From Sphaerodactylus townsendi (taxonomy: Eukaryota), in assembly GCF_021028975.2 (NCBI RefSeq), contig NC_059427.1:96534001-96598000 (forward strand): DNA of 64,000 nt. Direction: 5' to 3'. The notes under the pieces were generated by a model. The model was not told where the DNA came from. It saw only the letters and a list, made by a program, of their open reading frames with translations, and searched no databases. Positions 1 to 12,649 of this stretch are shown here, one piece after another. How positions within the stretch are numbered: the first letter of the stretch is position 1; each line of letters opens with the position of its first letter. Made by a program: the position numbers and the translations under genes.

Positions 1-547
1 GTTCTCTACAGCTCCTAGCCAATTGTTTATGTGGAATAAATGTTGAATAAAAGAAAAAAAACTGGAAGGATAGTTTCTGGTGACCCTCAACCACACTGTT
101 GCTGAAGGAAAAGCAGAAGTTATTTTTCGCGGGGGGGGGGGGGGGGTGACCAAACAGCAAGTCGAAAGGCAAGATTTAGATACAAACTAATTATTAAACT
201 CTAATTAGTATGGGGAGGCAGTAGTTTGTTCAAATCCCAGCTCTGCAGGTGGACAAGATCAAAAGCAGATGCCCAACAAAACACAGTGCGGGTCCATTTA
301 TGGATGTGGGGTGGGGTAGGGGGTGGATTTGAAAACAACAGTAGCACAAGCTCATATGTCCCAAAACAATGAGCAAGGTTTCAGATCACCCCAAACCCTT
401 CATCAACTAGGTTTTCTTTGTGTTAAAAAAGAATGAAAGGAAGCAGGGAGAAGACCAAAAAAAGACCTATAGAGGCATAATACAAAATTTCTGCAAGCTG
501 CCCACCTGGGGGTTTTCAATCAAGGCCTCAAAAATTGTTTTCTCTCT

Positions 548-686
548 GGGCACTTCCACACATGCAGAATAATGCATTTTCAATCACTTTGCAGCTGAAT
601 TTTACTGTGTGAAATAGCAACATCCACTTGCAAACAATTGTGAAAGTGAATTGAAAGTGCATTATTCTGCATGTGTGAAAGTGCCC
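548..686. mobile_element. Palindromic non-autonomous DNA transposon (MITE), PIF/Harbinger-like
   Basis: The ends GGGCACTTCCACACATGCAGAATAATGCA and TGCATTATTCTGCATGTGTGAAAGTGCCC are inverted repeats. A related copy at 50897-51037 has a 3-bp TSD. Confidence 0.75.
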
Positions 687-704
687 AAATTTGTGTCTGC
701 CACT

Positions 705-1249
705 CAGGGGCGTAACGAGGCAAACTGTAGCCCTGGGCAAAACCTGAGTTGGATGCCCCCCCCCACCATGGGCGGCCACTCCACCACGACCAATTTTTTT
801 TTGCACCAGGACATTGGTGCCTGCAGGGGGTGCGTTTTTAGACATATCAGCACCAAAATTTCAGCGTATTATCAGGAGACTGTCCTTATACTATCCCCCA
901 GGTTTGGTGAGGTTTGGTTCAAGGAGTCCAAAGTTATGGACCCTCAAAACTGTAGCCCTTATCTCCTATTAGCTCCCATTGGAAACTATGGGGGATGGGG
1001 GCACCCCCTTTGGGAGTCCATAACTTTGGACTCCCTGAACCAAACCTCACCAAACTTGGGGGGAGCATAAGGACAGTCTCCTGATGATATGCTGAAATTG
1101 TGGTGCCACTAGCCTAAAAACTGTCCCCTGCAGGCAAAAAAATGGAAAACCACTAAAAATACCCAAAAACGACCCCTGCATTTTGATGCCCCCCACAAGG
1201 TGGTGCCCTGGGCAGCTGCCCACCTTGCCCAATGAGCATTACGCCCCTG
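705..1249. mobile_element. Non-autonomous hAT element
   Basis: Perfect 11-bp TIR CAGGGGCGTAA/TTACGCCCCTG and an 8-bp TSD CTGCCACT (697-704 and 1250-1257). The internal palindromic body is shared with the element at 31312-32846. Confidence 0.9.
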
Positions 1250-1287
1250 CTGCCACTCCACCTCCCTTGAGCATTATTCTGAATATT

Positions 1288-1370
1288 CAGGCTGATGAAG
1301 AGTTCTGGGGACCTCAGAAAGTTGTCCCCCTCATTATAAAATTTTGGTTAGTCCTAGGAAAAGGCATAAC
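1288..1370 (+). mobile_element. Penelope-like element terminal fragment with decayed hammerhead motif
   Basis: CTGATGAAGAGTTCTGGGGACCTCAGAAAG carries the CTGANGA...GAAA core. A similar copy lies at about 3960-4040. Confidence 0.5.
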
Positions 1371-1393
1371 ATTGCTGTTGTTTTTGAATTGTG

Positions 1394-1601
1394 GAGGGGC
1401 CATGATTCAGTGGTGGAGCATCTGCTTGGCATGCGGAAGGTCCCGGGTTCAATCCCTGGCGTCTCCAAGTAAAAAGGTCAGGTGGTAAGTGATGTGAAAG
1501 ACCTCAGCCTGGGATCTGGGAGAGCCACTGCCAATTTGAGTAGACAGTACTGACCTTGATGGGCAAGGATTTGATGCAGTAGATGTCAGGTTCATGTGTT
1601 C
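1394..1601 (+). mobile_element. tRNA(Ala)-derived SINE
   Basis: tRNA-like head with A/B boxes (TTCAGTGGTGGAGCA...GGGTTCAATCCC) and a body ending in CATGTGTTCA. Homologous copies lie at 19070-19198 (-), about 41790-42070 and 51228-51428. Confidence 0.8.
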
Positions 1602-1614
1602 AATAGCACTACTA

Positions 1615-1867
1615 CCCTGTTTCTCCGAAAATAAGACATCCCCTGAGAATAAGACATAGTAGAGGTTTTGCTGAAGTGCTAAATATAAAACATCCCCCAA
1701 AAGTAAGACGTAGCAAAGTTTTTGTTTGGAAGCATGCCCGTCGAACAGAACACCAGAGCATGCAGCTGTGGAGCGGAAAAATAAAACATCCCCTGAAAAT
1801 AAGACATAGCACATCTTTGGGAGCAAAAATTAGTATAAGACACTGTCTTATTTTTGGAGAAACACGG
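1615..1867. mobile_element. Tc1/mariner (pogo-like) MITE
   Basis: TIRs CCCTGTTTCTCCGAAAATAAGAC / GTCTTATTTTTGGAGAAACACGG, a TA target duplication (1613-1614 and 1868-1869), and internal AAATAAGACAT sub-repeats. Confidence 0.9.
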
Positions 1868-2846
1868 TACTAACAGAGAGGAAACACTGAGCTACTGACA
1901 ATGCAATCTTAAGCAATGACATCCTTTTAAATCCATTGAAGCCAATGGGCACAGATGAGTGTAACTCTGTTTAGAATTACACTGTTTGTGCACAAGGGAA
2001 CTGAATATATCTTACTGTGCCACATCACTACACAGTGTATGTCAAGCCTAGGGTTGCCACAGTGGGAATGGCCAGGAACCTCCCACTGATGCTCACTTAA
2101 TAGAGCAGTGGGGGGAAACAGCACATGGAAATCACTTCCTGTTTCAGAACAGTAAGCAATTCATGAGACATGGAACTGTAGCAGTTTCAAAAATCTCTAT
2201 GGTAAACTGCCTAAGAATCCCCCCCCCCCCAATTTTTGAGTTATTGTAAAATATCATTCTAGAAGGTTAAAACTGGGCCTCAAGCTTTAAGTGTACTTAT
2301 GAAAATAAGTTATGTTGAAAAAAAGAAAATCAGGAATGAGAAATAGAAGAATTTTACATGTATTAGCTCAGTGAGAAGTGCTTTCTAAGTTACATAGTTT
2401 AAGTTTAATGGAAAATAAGATTTGTGTTTGTTTTGTAATTAATTGGTATGGTGAATTAATGTTGCAATGATTGTTCAATATTTTAATATTGAAATTAAAA
2501 AATTAAAATGGAAAAAAGGAACATGTAACCTTTGGAATATTCAATCCAGCTCTACAATCCAACTCATTGAAATAAGTGAATTCAGTTAGGATTGCATTGC
2601 TAGTGTCCTAAGACTTGAATTGCTATCTCTTAAAGGTGATGTAATATACATGAATAGGCATGGGGCAGGACCGGAGCGAGGGGGAACTGTGCCTGGGCAT
2701 GTGTGCTCTCTGTGCCCCTGCCATGCCATGCCACAGCCCTAGAATGCCCCCAGAACGCCCCACCACGCCCCTACACTGGTGCGCACCAGGTGCATTGTGC
2801 ACCCCTCTGCACCCCCTTGGCACAACGCCACGGCAAGGGGTAATTA

Positions 2847-3141
2847 GAAGAAGAAGAGTTTGGATGTATACCCCCCTTGTCTCTCCTGTAAGGAGACTCA
2901 AAGGAGCTTACAATCTCCTTTCTCTTCCTCCCTCACAACAAACACCCTGTGAGGTGCGGAGGGACTGAGAGAGCTCAGAAGAACTGTGACTAGCCCAAGA
3001 TCACCCATCTGGCATGTGTTGGAGTGCACAGGCTAATCTAGTTCACCAGATAAGCCTCCACTGCTCAAGTGGCAGAGCAGGGAATTAAACCCGGTTCCCC
3101 AGATTAGAGTGCATCTGCTCTTAACCACTACACCACGCTGG
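2847..3141 (-). mobile_element. Squam3-like tRNA-derived SINE (gecko type, (CTT)n tail)
   Basis: The reverse strand reads CAGCGTGGTGTAGTGGTTAAGAGC...GGGTTTAATTCCC...CCTCACAGGGTGTTTGTTGTG...(CTT)n. Many homologous copies occur in the window. Confidence 0.85.
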
Positions 3142-5836
3142 TCCCATAGCCATTACCTACAATGGCTATGAAATATGCAATGATGTTAGCATTTTGAACA
3201 AAAATGACTTGTTGCAGACATCTAGCAAGCTGATGCTATCTGAACTAACTGAAGATTTCGGGTTGTTTTCAGGGACTGTCCCACATGAAGCATGTTACAG
3301 AAGTCCATTCTCAGGGCTCCTGAAGCATGGATCAGCACAGCCATCAACAAAGTGCATAAATCATTATTTGTCCAGAACCTTGTTCTTCCAATTCCACTTG
3401 AAAAATACTATGAGTACCAGAATATTCAAGCTGGTTTTCTCACAGCTGAGACCTTTTGAGAGAATTTAAGGTGCATAAGATAATTATATAATTTGAAACG
3501 ACTCAGATTTAAGTGGTTGCAAGTGACCACAGTGGTCCAAAAACAAAAGTCCAAAAGCCATGCAATACTTTTTCTTAGGATGAGCCACAATATTTCAAAG
3601 CAGTGTGCAAGCTTTCAGGCTCTTCAGAACTATGCATCAGGCTCGATATTTAAAAAAGAAAGAGCGATAATGAAATGATCTTAAGATCTCTCGTCTCCTG
3701 CAGGATTGGCAGCAGACTTAATTAAATTAGGTGGTGCCGAATGATGCTGGTATCAGATTACACCATGATTGTCTGGTCTGAAGAAGAAAAAATTGTGGCT
3801 CCCATAGGGGACCCACATGGGTCCTGTGCAACGTGATACCCACGTTACCCAGACCCATCCAATCTAATCAAGTCCACTGCACATCCTGCATAATGAAATG
3901 TGTTAAGAACAGGACCTGAAACATCTTTCCTCCCCACCCCCTTTTTAAAAAAACATTCAGTCTAATGAAGAGTCCTGGAGAACTCAAAAGCTTGCACATT
4001 ATTTTGTGGTATTCTGATTAGTCCTAAGAAAACATATTACAATGTGGTTTACAGCTGTCATCCTAAGCATATTTATATTGACATCACTTTCATTCACATT
4101 AGGGAGACTGATGGGTCATTCACATATGATACACCAATATGTAGTTTTCTGTATTGTTTTAACGTGGATGAAGCTAAACTCAGATCAGTCCAATCATCTG
4201 AACTATTCAGTTTCAAGCACACGTTTTAACATGCTGTCACCCAACTTAGTTTACAGTGTATGGTGAATGCTGAATCATTATTTTTCTCCGTGCCACGTGA
4301 TAAAATGCTGCGAACTGCTGGATTGCAATGATCACGCTTCCATTTCTGCTTTCAAATCAACTGACCATTCAAAGAGGTCATATGAATTCTCTCTCCCATG
4401 CTCACAGATAGAGTACTGAAGACTTGGTGAAGGAATGTCATATTTCCTCCTTCTCCTCCTTTCCATTCCAAGCAGTTGGTGGAGGCTTGGCCATGGCCCT
4501 GCTTTGAAGCAGGATCAACTTCTTAGAGCCTCTAAAAATAAATTGGTTTTTATTGATTAACTCAGCTGTACCAGCAAGAGTGAGTCAGTTGTAAGAAAAT
4601 GAATTTAAGCAAACTGCTGTAAGCAACATTGCTGCATTTTCAGTGCAGTATGGAAAACCCAAAGCCCTTTGTTCTTACCTAGAAATTATTAGTGTGAACA
4701 TGCAGATCAGACTTTCAGCATATATTATACAGCATATATTATGCATTTCAGACCTCAGCATATATTATACATCTAAAACTTACTCTTGTATCAGACCAAA
4801 CTAGAGACAATGGCGGATCCTGCATGGGCCACAAACAGCAGTGTGAAAATGATATAAACCCTTTTATACCGTTTTAAACTCTTTTACACTGTTTTCACAC
4901 CGTTGTTTATGTGAAGTGGGGGGTGGGGGGTGTCTTTTGCTAAGCACAGCAAATATAGTTCCCTGTTAATTGTTGGTTTATATCATATACTAACCCCATA
5001 TAAACTTTATGGGTGCTTATTGTGACTATCCCACCATTTTAATAGGGAAGGAACACAAATATACATAAAACTACAGAATACCCCACAATTTAATTTCTCA
5101 ATGGAGCAGAAAGCTTTAAAGTTTTATTACTGTTTTTCCTACTTATCAGGAAGAAGGAACAGCAACAAGAATCTCAACATTCAGCCATATCTTCTACCAT
5201 ATTAATCAGGAAATACATAAAATAAGGCAGAAATAGTTTTGACCTGTTTATCTTGTCAAGATTTCACATAGATTGTTAACAGAAGCCTAGTTTCATTCCC
5301 TAGTCAAGTAATGGTCACAGATCTTCATTTGTGCCAAACAGAGTTTTTTACTCAATGAAGGGGGAAAGGGGAGGATAACATAAATGTGATACCTACACAA
5401 AATCCTTCACAAACATTCTTCTGTTACTGTAAGAAGCACAGTTATAATGGGAGCAGTTAGATAGTCATAATTATGGCAAGCTCATGATGGCTTTTGCTCC
5501 TATATCTCAAATAACTAGCAATAAAACTGTAATCAGCATATATAAACAACCCATGAATGTTGATATCTGTTATTATGACCTCTTTCTTCAGGAGCAATCC
5601 AATCTGTCCTTATAAGAGAGGGTAATTGCTATATCAGGTCAGCAATCATGCACTGAGTTGCACATGTCACTAAGGAGCGCCCCCCCCCCCCTCCAATTGT
5701 TCTGTAAGACTGGCTGAAAATTTTCTGCATGTGGGAGGGAGTGGAATTATCTCAAAGTACAAAGAATGTTTACCATGTGAAAGGAATTGAGGATTTCAAC
5801 AGTGGGATCCTCTGAAGAGTTACCCCAGTCTAAGAG

Positions 5837-5961
5837 TTGGGGTATCCAACTCTGGCCCACCAGATGTTCATGGACCACAATTCCCATCAGCCATAATGCA
5901 GGCAGGGGCTGATGGGAACTGTAGTCTATGAACATCTGGAGGGCCAGAGTGGACAACCCTG
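5837..5961. mobile_element. Short palindromic hAT-like MITE
   Basis: Inverted arms CCAGATGTTCATGGACCACAATTCCCATCAGCC / GGCTGATGGGAACTGTAGTCTATGAACATCTGG. Confidence 0.7.
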
Positions 5962-6159
5962 GCTTAGACTATAAGCATAGATTGGAGTAACATTGCATAG
6001 TATTGCACTGAACCAGAGTGGTCCTAAGCAGGTCTTCTTAGAATCTGATTCAAGACTGTTCAGAAATTTTCTTAGGGTTCCACAATAAGTCTGATAAAAA
6101 TGTAGTGGTATACAAATTCATTCGTCAGTACCTGTAGAAGGGTCACCTTTTGGGGTTTA

Positions 6160-6347
6160 AATAGTGTTGCCAGTCTCCAGGTGGAACCCTAATTCCAGGA
6201 GATCTACAGATAATAGAGAAAATGGCTGCTGTGGGGGTTTGAATCTATAGATTTATACTGTACTGATGTTACTCGCCTCCCCAAACCCTACCATCCCTGG
6301 GCTCCACTCCCAAATCTCCAGAAATTTCCCTGGTATTGGCAATCTTA
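6160..6347. mobile_element. Decayed hAT-type MITE of the TAGGGTTGCCA...TGGCAACCCTA family
   Basis: Degenerate TIR TAGTGTTGCCA...TGGCAATCTTA. The body (AAAATGGCTGCT, CCCCAAATCTCCAG) is shared with copies at about 18830-19040, 41565-41770, 49700-49850 and 54510-55367. Confidence 0.6.
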
Positions 6348-8913
6348 GACCTCTGAGTTTGTATGCTGTGACTTGAGTCCAAAATGTTTCTATTAAACAT
6401 ATACAAAGTGCCTTTCTCATGGGACTTTAAAAAAAAAGCAATATACAACCAAGTTCCTATGAGCATGTGCTGAGTATCATTTCTGAACAGTATTATTATC
6501 TTTAAAGACATAAAAGAACAGATACTATAGAAAGTAGAGTGATGATGACTGTAAGTGGCAATAGTAATGATGGAAAACACCTTGTCCTGTTGCTTCACAG
6601 ATATCTTGCCCTATGTCAAGCCTGTCACAGGTATTAGTTATTAATCATGAGTCTGCACCCATATTATTATTATTATTCCTTAAATATTATTCCTTAAGGG
6701 GTATAACAAGGCACTCCCTAGTCTCCTCAGCAAGAGAGAGAGAGTGTGTGTCTCTTACACACACAAGCATCTGCCAACTGCCTGTGCCCTGAAGGAAATT
6801 TTTCCCTCCAAAATGTCTAATTGACAGAACAGCTCTGACTGAGCAACTTTTTACTGTCAGAATAAAAAATTTAGTAATATGGAGAGGATGTTTAAGAGTT
6901 CATATTTTTGTTTCAGTTTTCCCAAATATATTTTTTTCTAAGAAGCCATCTAAATAGCCTTTAGCTGCTCTTGCAGAGCACTTGTCTTTTAAGCAGGGCA
7001 GTATCTCTGAAATAAAAGTAAAATAACCTGCTGTCTTTCTGTCATGAACTAAATAAATAAATGGCACCAGAGGATTGCAAAGCTGAAACCAGAAATTGAT
7101 AGATGTTATTTACAGGAATAAGTTTAAAAGAGCTAGCAAAGGACTAAGGAGAAAAAGGAGAGAGGGAGAGAGGGAGAGAGGTACAAAGGAAGCTGGTTTT
7201 AGAGAGGCTACTATGTACAAGATTCTGTTGAATAACATTTTCAGTTGGTACAAATTACAGACAGGACACTGTGCCTTCTTGATGATACTGTCACTTTGAC
7301 ACTAGACAAAATAAATATGTTACTTCAATATAGCTGTTATGGAGTTCTGTTTGGCTATCTAGCCCTTTTTCTAAAAATCTTACTTTTCACCATCAAACAA
7401 ATACTACACACACAGTTCTTTGGACACTACCACTAAGATAAATTCTCCATTAGAATGGCTCTCTCACATGGTGCTTATCATAGGATTGCTACTCTTCTTG
7501 AGGAAGCTCCAATCCTCTCTGTGTAACTTCCCTTCTCTCAGAAGCTTCACTGCTTCATATCTGAGTGGGGTTCTCCTCAGAGAAAAAAAATACAAAGCCA
7601 CCAGTGAGATAAATCAGGGTTACTGTGTACCACTCCAGGAACTGTGGTACAGACTCCGTTACTGAACTCTGCCCTTCCTGGCACTTAATACAGAGAAGCA
7701 CAGCCCACTCTGAACTGGCCCTCTGCTTCCAGAGAGCAGAGCTACCGTTCACTCTGGTTCTTACAACAGAGCTCCTTTATTTTTTTTCAGAACTCCCTGT
7801 CCTCAGGCTTTATAATGCTGTGCAGCTCTCACAGCCAATCCTGTGGAGTTCTAAATTAACCTTTTGGGCTCTGAACATTCCATTGACTGTATAAGCCCAA
7901 GCCCTTGTATATATTACAAGGAGTTTTCCCAAAAGTCAAATCCTATGTGTAGTGGTAGCACATGCACATACCCAGGTTGCTATAAGATAAAGTAGCTGGG
8001 AGCCTACACAGCTAGCCATTTGCCATGGCTACCGTGCCCACAGATGGCCATGTGACAGCCCTGAGAAGAATTTTTTTAAAAAAACACTTGCATCATTATC
8101 TTCTAGCATGCGAGCACTGAGAAATATCCATCTGTTAAAGGGATCCAAGCTAAGGGAGACTAAAATGGTATAATTAAGGCAGTTGCAACATTTAGTCTCC
8201 CTATAAAAATTTTAAATATGCAGATTACATATTAATAATTCTTAATGTTCCTTTTGTTCAATCAGTGTTATCTTGAGCTCATTACTTATTGTGTTTTAAT
8301 GCTTATGGTTTTAAACAATAGAAGGATGCTTTAAAATTGATCCAAGGATCTGTTGTTGTTGTTTTTATTTCATGTGGTACTGCATTGTTGCATGGGCAGA
8401 AGTGAGAGAAAACGGTTTAACATAAGTGACATGACAACTCATAATACTTTACTTTCCCAAGCACATTAACTTTCTCATTATTAGAAGCAAACACCAAACC
8501 CTGCAGTTGTTAACTCTAGTCCTCTGTGTTTCATTAATGTGCTGTTGTATTGTCATGTGAACCCCTTCTCAAATCAGGCTAGCTGACTTGCAATTGAAGG
8601 CAGCCATGTGCATTATTTCAGGGCTGTTGGGCCATCAGCATTACCATGGTTACTAGTACTGAGCAGTATTGCGCCAACACACATTTGGCACCATAATATC
8701 ACAACCAGCCTGATACAGTTTCAGAGATTCAGATGAGGACATAGCCATCACTATACTATGGCCCCTTTAATCCTCCGGTTGCCTGCTTTCTCTCTTCAGC
8801 CTCCTTGCCTAAAATGGAGGCCAAGGCAAAATGTAATAAAACAGTCACTTGTCAGGGAAGCTGCAGACTGTCTTTCAGATTTTATCTCTAAGGAGTTTTT
8901 ATTCCCTGTATGA

Positions 8914-8997
8914 TGTTCCCTATGATGCTTTGTTCAGTTGTCTCTGTAAGGCACAGGGGTCTTACAGAGACAATTGAACAAAGCATCATAGGGAACA
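8914..8997. repeat. Near-perfect inverted repeat (37-bp stem, 10-nt loop)
   Basis: Arm 8914-8950 is the reverse complement of arm 8961-8997 with one mismatch. Confidence 0.95.
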
Positions 8998-9014
8998 AGA
9001 CCCTTGGTAGCTAA

Positions 9015-10149
9015 CAGGGGCGAATCTAGGAAAACTGGAGCCCGGGGACAAAATCTGAGTTTGGTGCCCCCACCCCCCACCCCAGGTATGGACGACCACC
9101 CTCCCCCACAATGATTTTTTGCACCAGCTCACAAAACACCTCCCACCACCAGCAAAACATACATGGCTTTCTCCCCACCAACTCTCTTTCCTAATTGTGT
9201 CCTCACACCAACCCTATGAGATAGGTTGTTAGCCTGAGAAACAGCTCCAAGCCAGTGCAAGTGGAAATTAACTTTTAAGCATGTAAATCTCTCACAAGTC
9301 ACCCCCATCTGAAGGTTTACCAAGCAAACATCAGCATCATCTCTCACAAATCACCTCCTACCCCCAGCAAAACACGCATGGCTCTCTCCCCACCACTTTC
9401 CTAATTGTGTCCTCACACCAACCCTGTGAGGTAGGCTGCTAGCCTGAGAAACAGCTCCAAGCCAGTGCAAGGGGAATTAACTTTTAAGCATGTAAATCTC
9501 TCACAAGTCACCCCCCTATCTGAAGGTTTACCAAGCAAACATCAGCATCATCTCTCACAAATCACCTCCTACCCCCAGCAAAACAGGCATGGCTCTCTCC
9601 CCACCACTTTCCTAATTGTGTCCTCACACCAACCCTGTGAGGTAGGCTGCTAACCTGAGAAACAGCTCCAAGCCAGTGCAAGTGGGAATTAACTTTTAAG
9701 CATGTAAATCTCTCACAAGTCACCCCCCATCTGAAGGTTTACCAAGCAAATGTCAGCATCATCTTCAGTTCTGCTGCTGCTTCTGGGCTCCCTGCTCAGC
9801 TTGCCTTTTCCTGTGCCTGCTGCCGGGGAGAAGGCTTCTGAGAAATGCCACACTTAATTTAAGGCGAATAAGGCATGCTGGGTTAGAGGGAGGGGAGGCA
9901 GAGCTCCCCAGTCCTGCTCCTGGGAGCCCAGTGGGATTTCTCCCCCACCCCCTGGACACTCCAGGCCACCGTACAGAGTGGGCGGGGCTACGACAGGCAC
10001 TGGGAGCAGTCCGCTGCTTCAGTGCCTGCTTTCTAGGGTTTGTTCAATCCCTCCCTCTGTAGGAGGATGTTTTGGCGCCACCCACGTGACCTCAATCGAT
10101 GCGCCCGGGGACAAGGGGCACCCCATGTCCCTAGGCAGGAACGCCAGTG
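9015..10149. mobile_element. Non-autonomous hAT element containing a tandem array
   Basis: Ends CAGGGGCG... / ...CGCCAGTG with a perfect 8-bp TSD GTAGCTAA (9007-9014 and 10150-10157). Confidence 0.85.
9129..9763. repeat. Tandem repeat, 3 units of about 211 bp
   Basis: Units start at about 9129, 9344 and 9555. Each contains CCTAATTGTGTCCTCACAC...GAGAAACAGCTCCAAGCCAGTGCAAG...GAAGGTTTACCAAGCAAA. Confidence 0.95.
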
Positions 10150-11128
10150 GTAGCTAAATTCCAGAATGTCACCCCCACACACCACACACAGATACCCATG
10201 CATACATATTATCGTCTGCTTAAGTTGCAGGCTTGCAGTTGCAGGCTGAATGTGCTACCTAAAGTCACTGTATTGGCAGGATTACAAGCCTCACCAGCCA
10301 AGCCAGTATCTGATTAGGTGACCCAGGGAGCCAATTCAGCACTGGATATCAATGGGGACAAATTCAGAATGCATGGGGATTCAGACATTCATTCACATAT
10401 GTGCATGTATAATATGAAAAACCCTAAAGATCAGATTCTTTACACTTATTAGCATGTATTATTGTTGAGCTCCCACTGCCAGTTTCACTGTGTGTGAGGC
10501 CATTTATGCACTTGGAGTCTACCTTGCAGTAAGCATACATTCCCTTTGAATTACATTTTTGATTGTGTACACATTTTCCCACCCTCCTGAATGCACTGCG
10601 CTGCAGATTAGAGAAGCCTCACAGCTTTCAAAACCTTTTGAAGTGTGATGTTTCCTTTTTCCTCACTGAGAAAGTAAAGATCTTTGTTGCATGTTTAGCT
10701 CACCACAACTTTGCTCACCCCTCATGCTTTCCCCTACCAACCCAACAGCAGTTGCTCCTGCTCTTGACCATCAGAGCAGTCCAAAGAGTTTTCTTTTTTG
10801 TTTTAAAGAGACAGAGAGAAAAAAAGTGGTAGGCAAGAAGAGAAGCGAGGGGAAGGGAAGGGAAATGGCATGTGGCTCAACTGGGGAAGCTTCACAGTGA
10901 GAGAATCACAGGTTTGAACTGAAAACCTCAGGGAAAAAAACACCACAAAGAACAGAGATGCAGAGTAAACCCTGCATGCATAATAGGCCTGTAATTTGTA
11001 AGCATATGTGTGCATGAATAAACAATCACCACATATCAAAATAACCACCATACATAAAATTGATATTGCAGAACTTTATTGGATTTGTCATGATGGTTTA
11101 TATGCAGTGACCATTTTGAAGTTGTATG

Positions 11129-11542
11129 TTAAACTCCATGTGGCAGCCGGAATAGCGCACTGAACAATATGACCCTTAGTAGCAGGGGCCGGGCCACCAA
11201 AATGTCAAATTTGCTTTCAGAACACAGTTCAGGGCTTATCCACAGAATGGTTAGATTCGGATTATATCTTAAGCAAGTTTTATTTACTGAATATCTTACA
11301 CGCTCCAAAAGAGAAATCGCTTTGAAATCTGTTTTCAAATTCCACCCTAGAGGGCTTACTGCCATCCTGCACCTCTGCCCAAGGTTTTTGCCAACAAAAG
11401 GTGCTGAAAGTGTAGTTTTGCCCAGTGAGTTCAGATTTTCCTTTACTGTAGCCAATACTCTACTTTCAAATATAGAAGAAATTGAGAACAACCCAATTCC
11501 CCCACTTTTCCCTTTCCCAAAAGTATCAAGCTCTACTTCACT
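11129..11542 (-). CDS. Candidate terminal coding exon of an uncharacterised gene (137 aa, SEVELDTFGKG...LPHGV*)
   Basis: Acceptor ttgttttcattttcag|AGT at 11542, an open frame to TAA at 11129, and AATAAA on the minus strand at 11080-11075. Phase 0 matches the upstream donor at 12724. No homologue recognised. Confidence 0.35.
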   Translation of the reverse strand, partial: SEVELDTFGKGKSGGIGLFSISSIFESRVLATVKENLNSLGKTTLSAPFVGKNLGQRCRMAVSPLGWNLKTDFKAISLLERVRYSVNKTCLRYNPNLTILWISPELCSESKFDILVARPLLLRVILFSALFRLPHGV

Positions 11543-12649
11543 CTGAAAATGAAAACAACATATTGTGGTAGAAAACTCACTGTTTTCCTTGGTAAAAACC
11601 AATTTCCTCAAATATTGACAGTGGCTGTTACTCCCTCAGTTACATTTAGACTCTCAGCCGTTTGATGCAGTAGATGAAGGGTTCGTAATGATGGGATCCA
11701 TTCCAGCTTGTTGTTAATTGAGTCAACTGGAAGCATTTCTTAACATGATTGAAAGAGTTACAGTCAGCAAAATTCCTGGCACCCTGTTGAAAACCAAATG
11801 GTAGCCTCATTACACAATAAGAATGCCTTGTCCTTCTCAAGGACCTCTTACTCATAATCATCACAATGCTGTTAATACTAAAATGAATGGGCCTTGTCTG
11901 CACTATGGCCCCAATTCATAGATCCTCACTCAGAGAAGAAAGCAGGATGCATAATGCTATGCATGAAGATCTGGATTCTGCCTTCCATTCTGTTTTTCTG
12001 CAGTAGGGATTGGTGGTCTAATTCTTATTTGATGAGTCTGCTTTCAATTTTTGTCCCGATGGTGTAACTGCAAATTAAAAAATTGTTTGAAGGAAAAGAA
12101 AATCACCCTGTGATTTGTGACCTTCAAAAGCCATTTCATTGCATTTCCAGCTGAAACCTCAAAATTTTATTTTGGAAAAGGACCTTTTCTGTAAGGTTTT
12201 CTCTGTAAAGGTAACTGAGCCCCAGCTGAAAAAACCAAGGAAACTAAGAGAATGTTTTTAAGCTTTGAAGAGGAGTCAGCAGTAGAACCACCCTGTCAGG
12301 AGAGTGAGGAGCCAAATAATGAACCTACAGTTCAGGCAGTCCTGAAAGCTGTCCTCTTTTTAGAGTGGTCACATATATCTCATTCCCAAGACTGCTTAAG
12401 GTCTAGGATAAGTTAATCACAAGTTATAGTCTGCTTCAGCACAAAGCGCTTGTTCAAATATCATGGGTGACATTGCTCCTCTTTAAAAGGTGAAGTGAGC
12501 AGATGGATGGGTGTGTGCCTCCTCTCCTCTTCCTGTTTACACTATTACATTAGATGTGTACATAGCCTGATACCTTAATCCATAGAACCACCGAGAAATA
12601 GATGCAGAATTACTAGGGGCCACTCCCCACTTACCTTGTCTGAGTGCAA

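Noticed and set aside
1394-1470. tRNA-like sequences here and at other SINE heads
   Set aside because: They are degenerate and continue into SINE bodies, so they are not functional tRNA genes.
11169-11546. 125-aa plus-strand ORF overlapping the candidate exon
   Set aside because: No promoter, splice or polyA support and no recognisable motif. It is probably a shadow of the opposite strand or chance.
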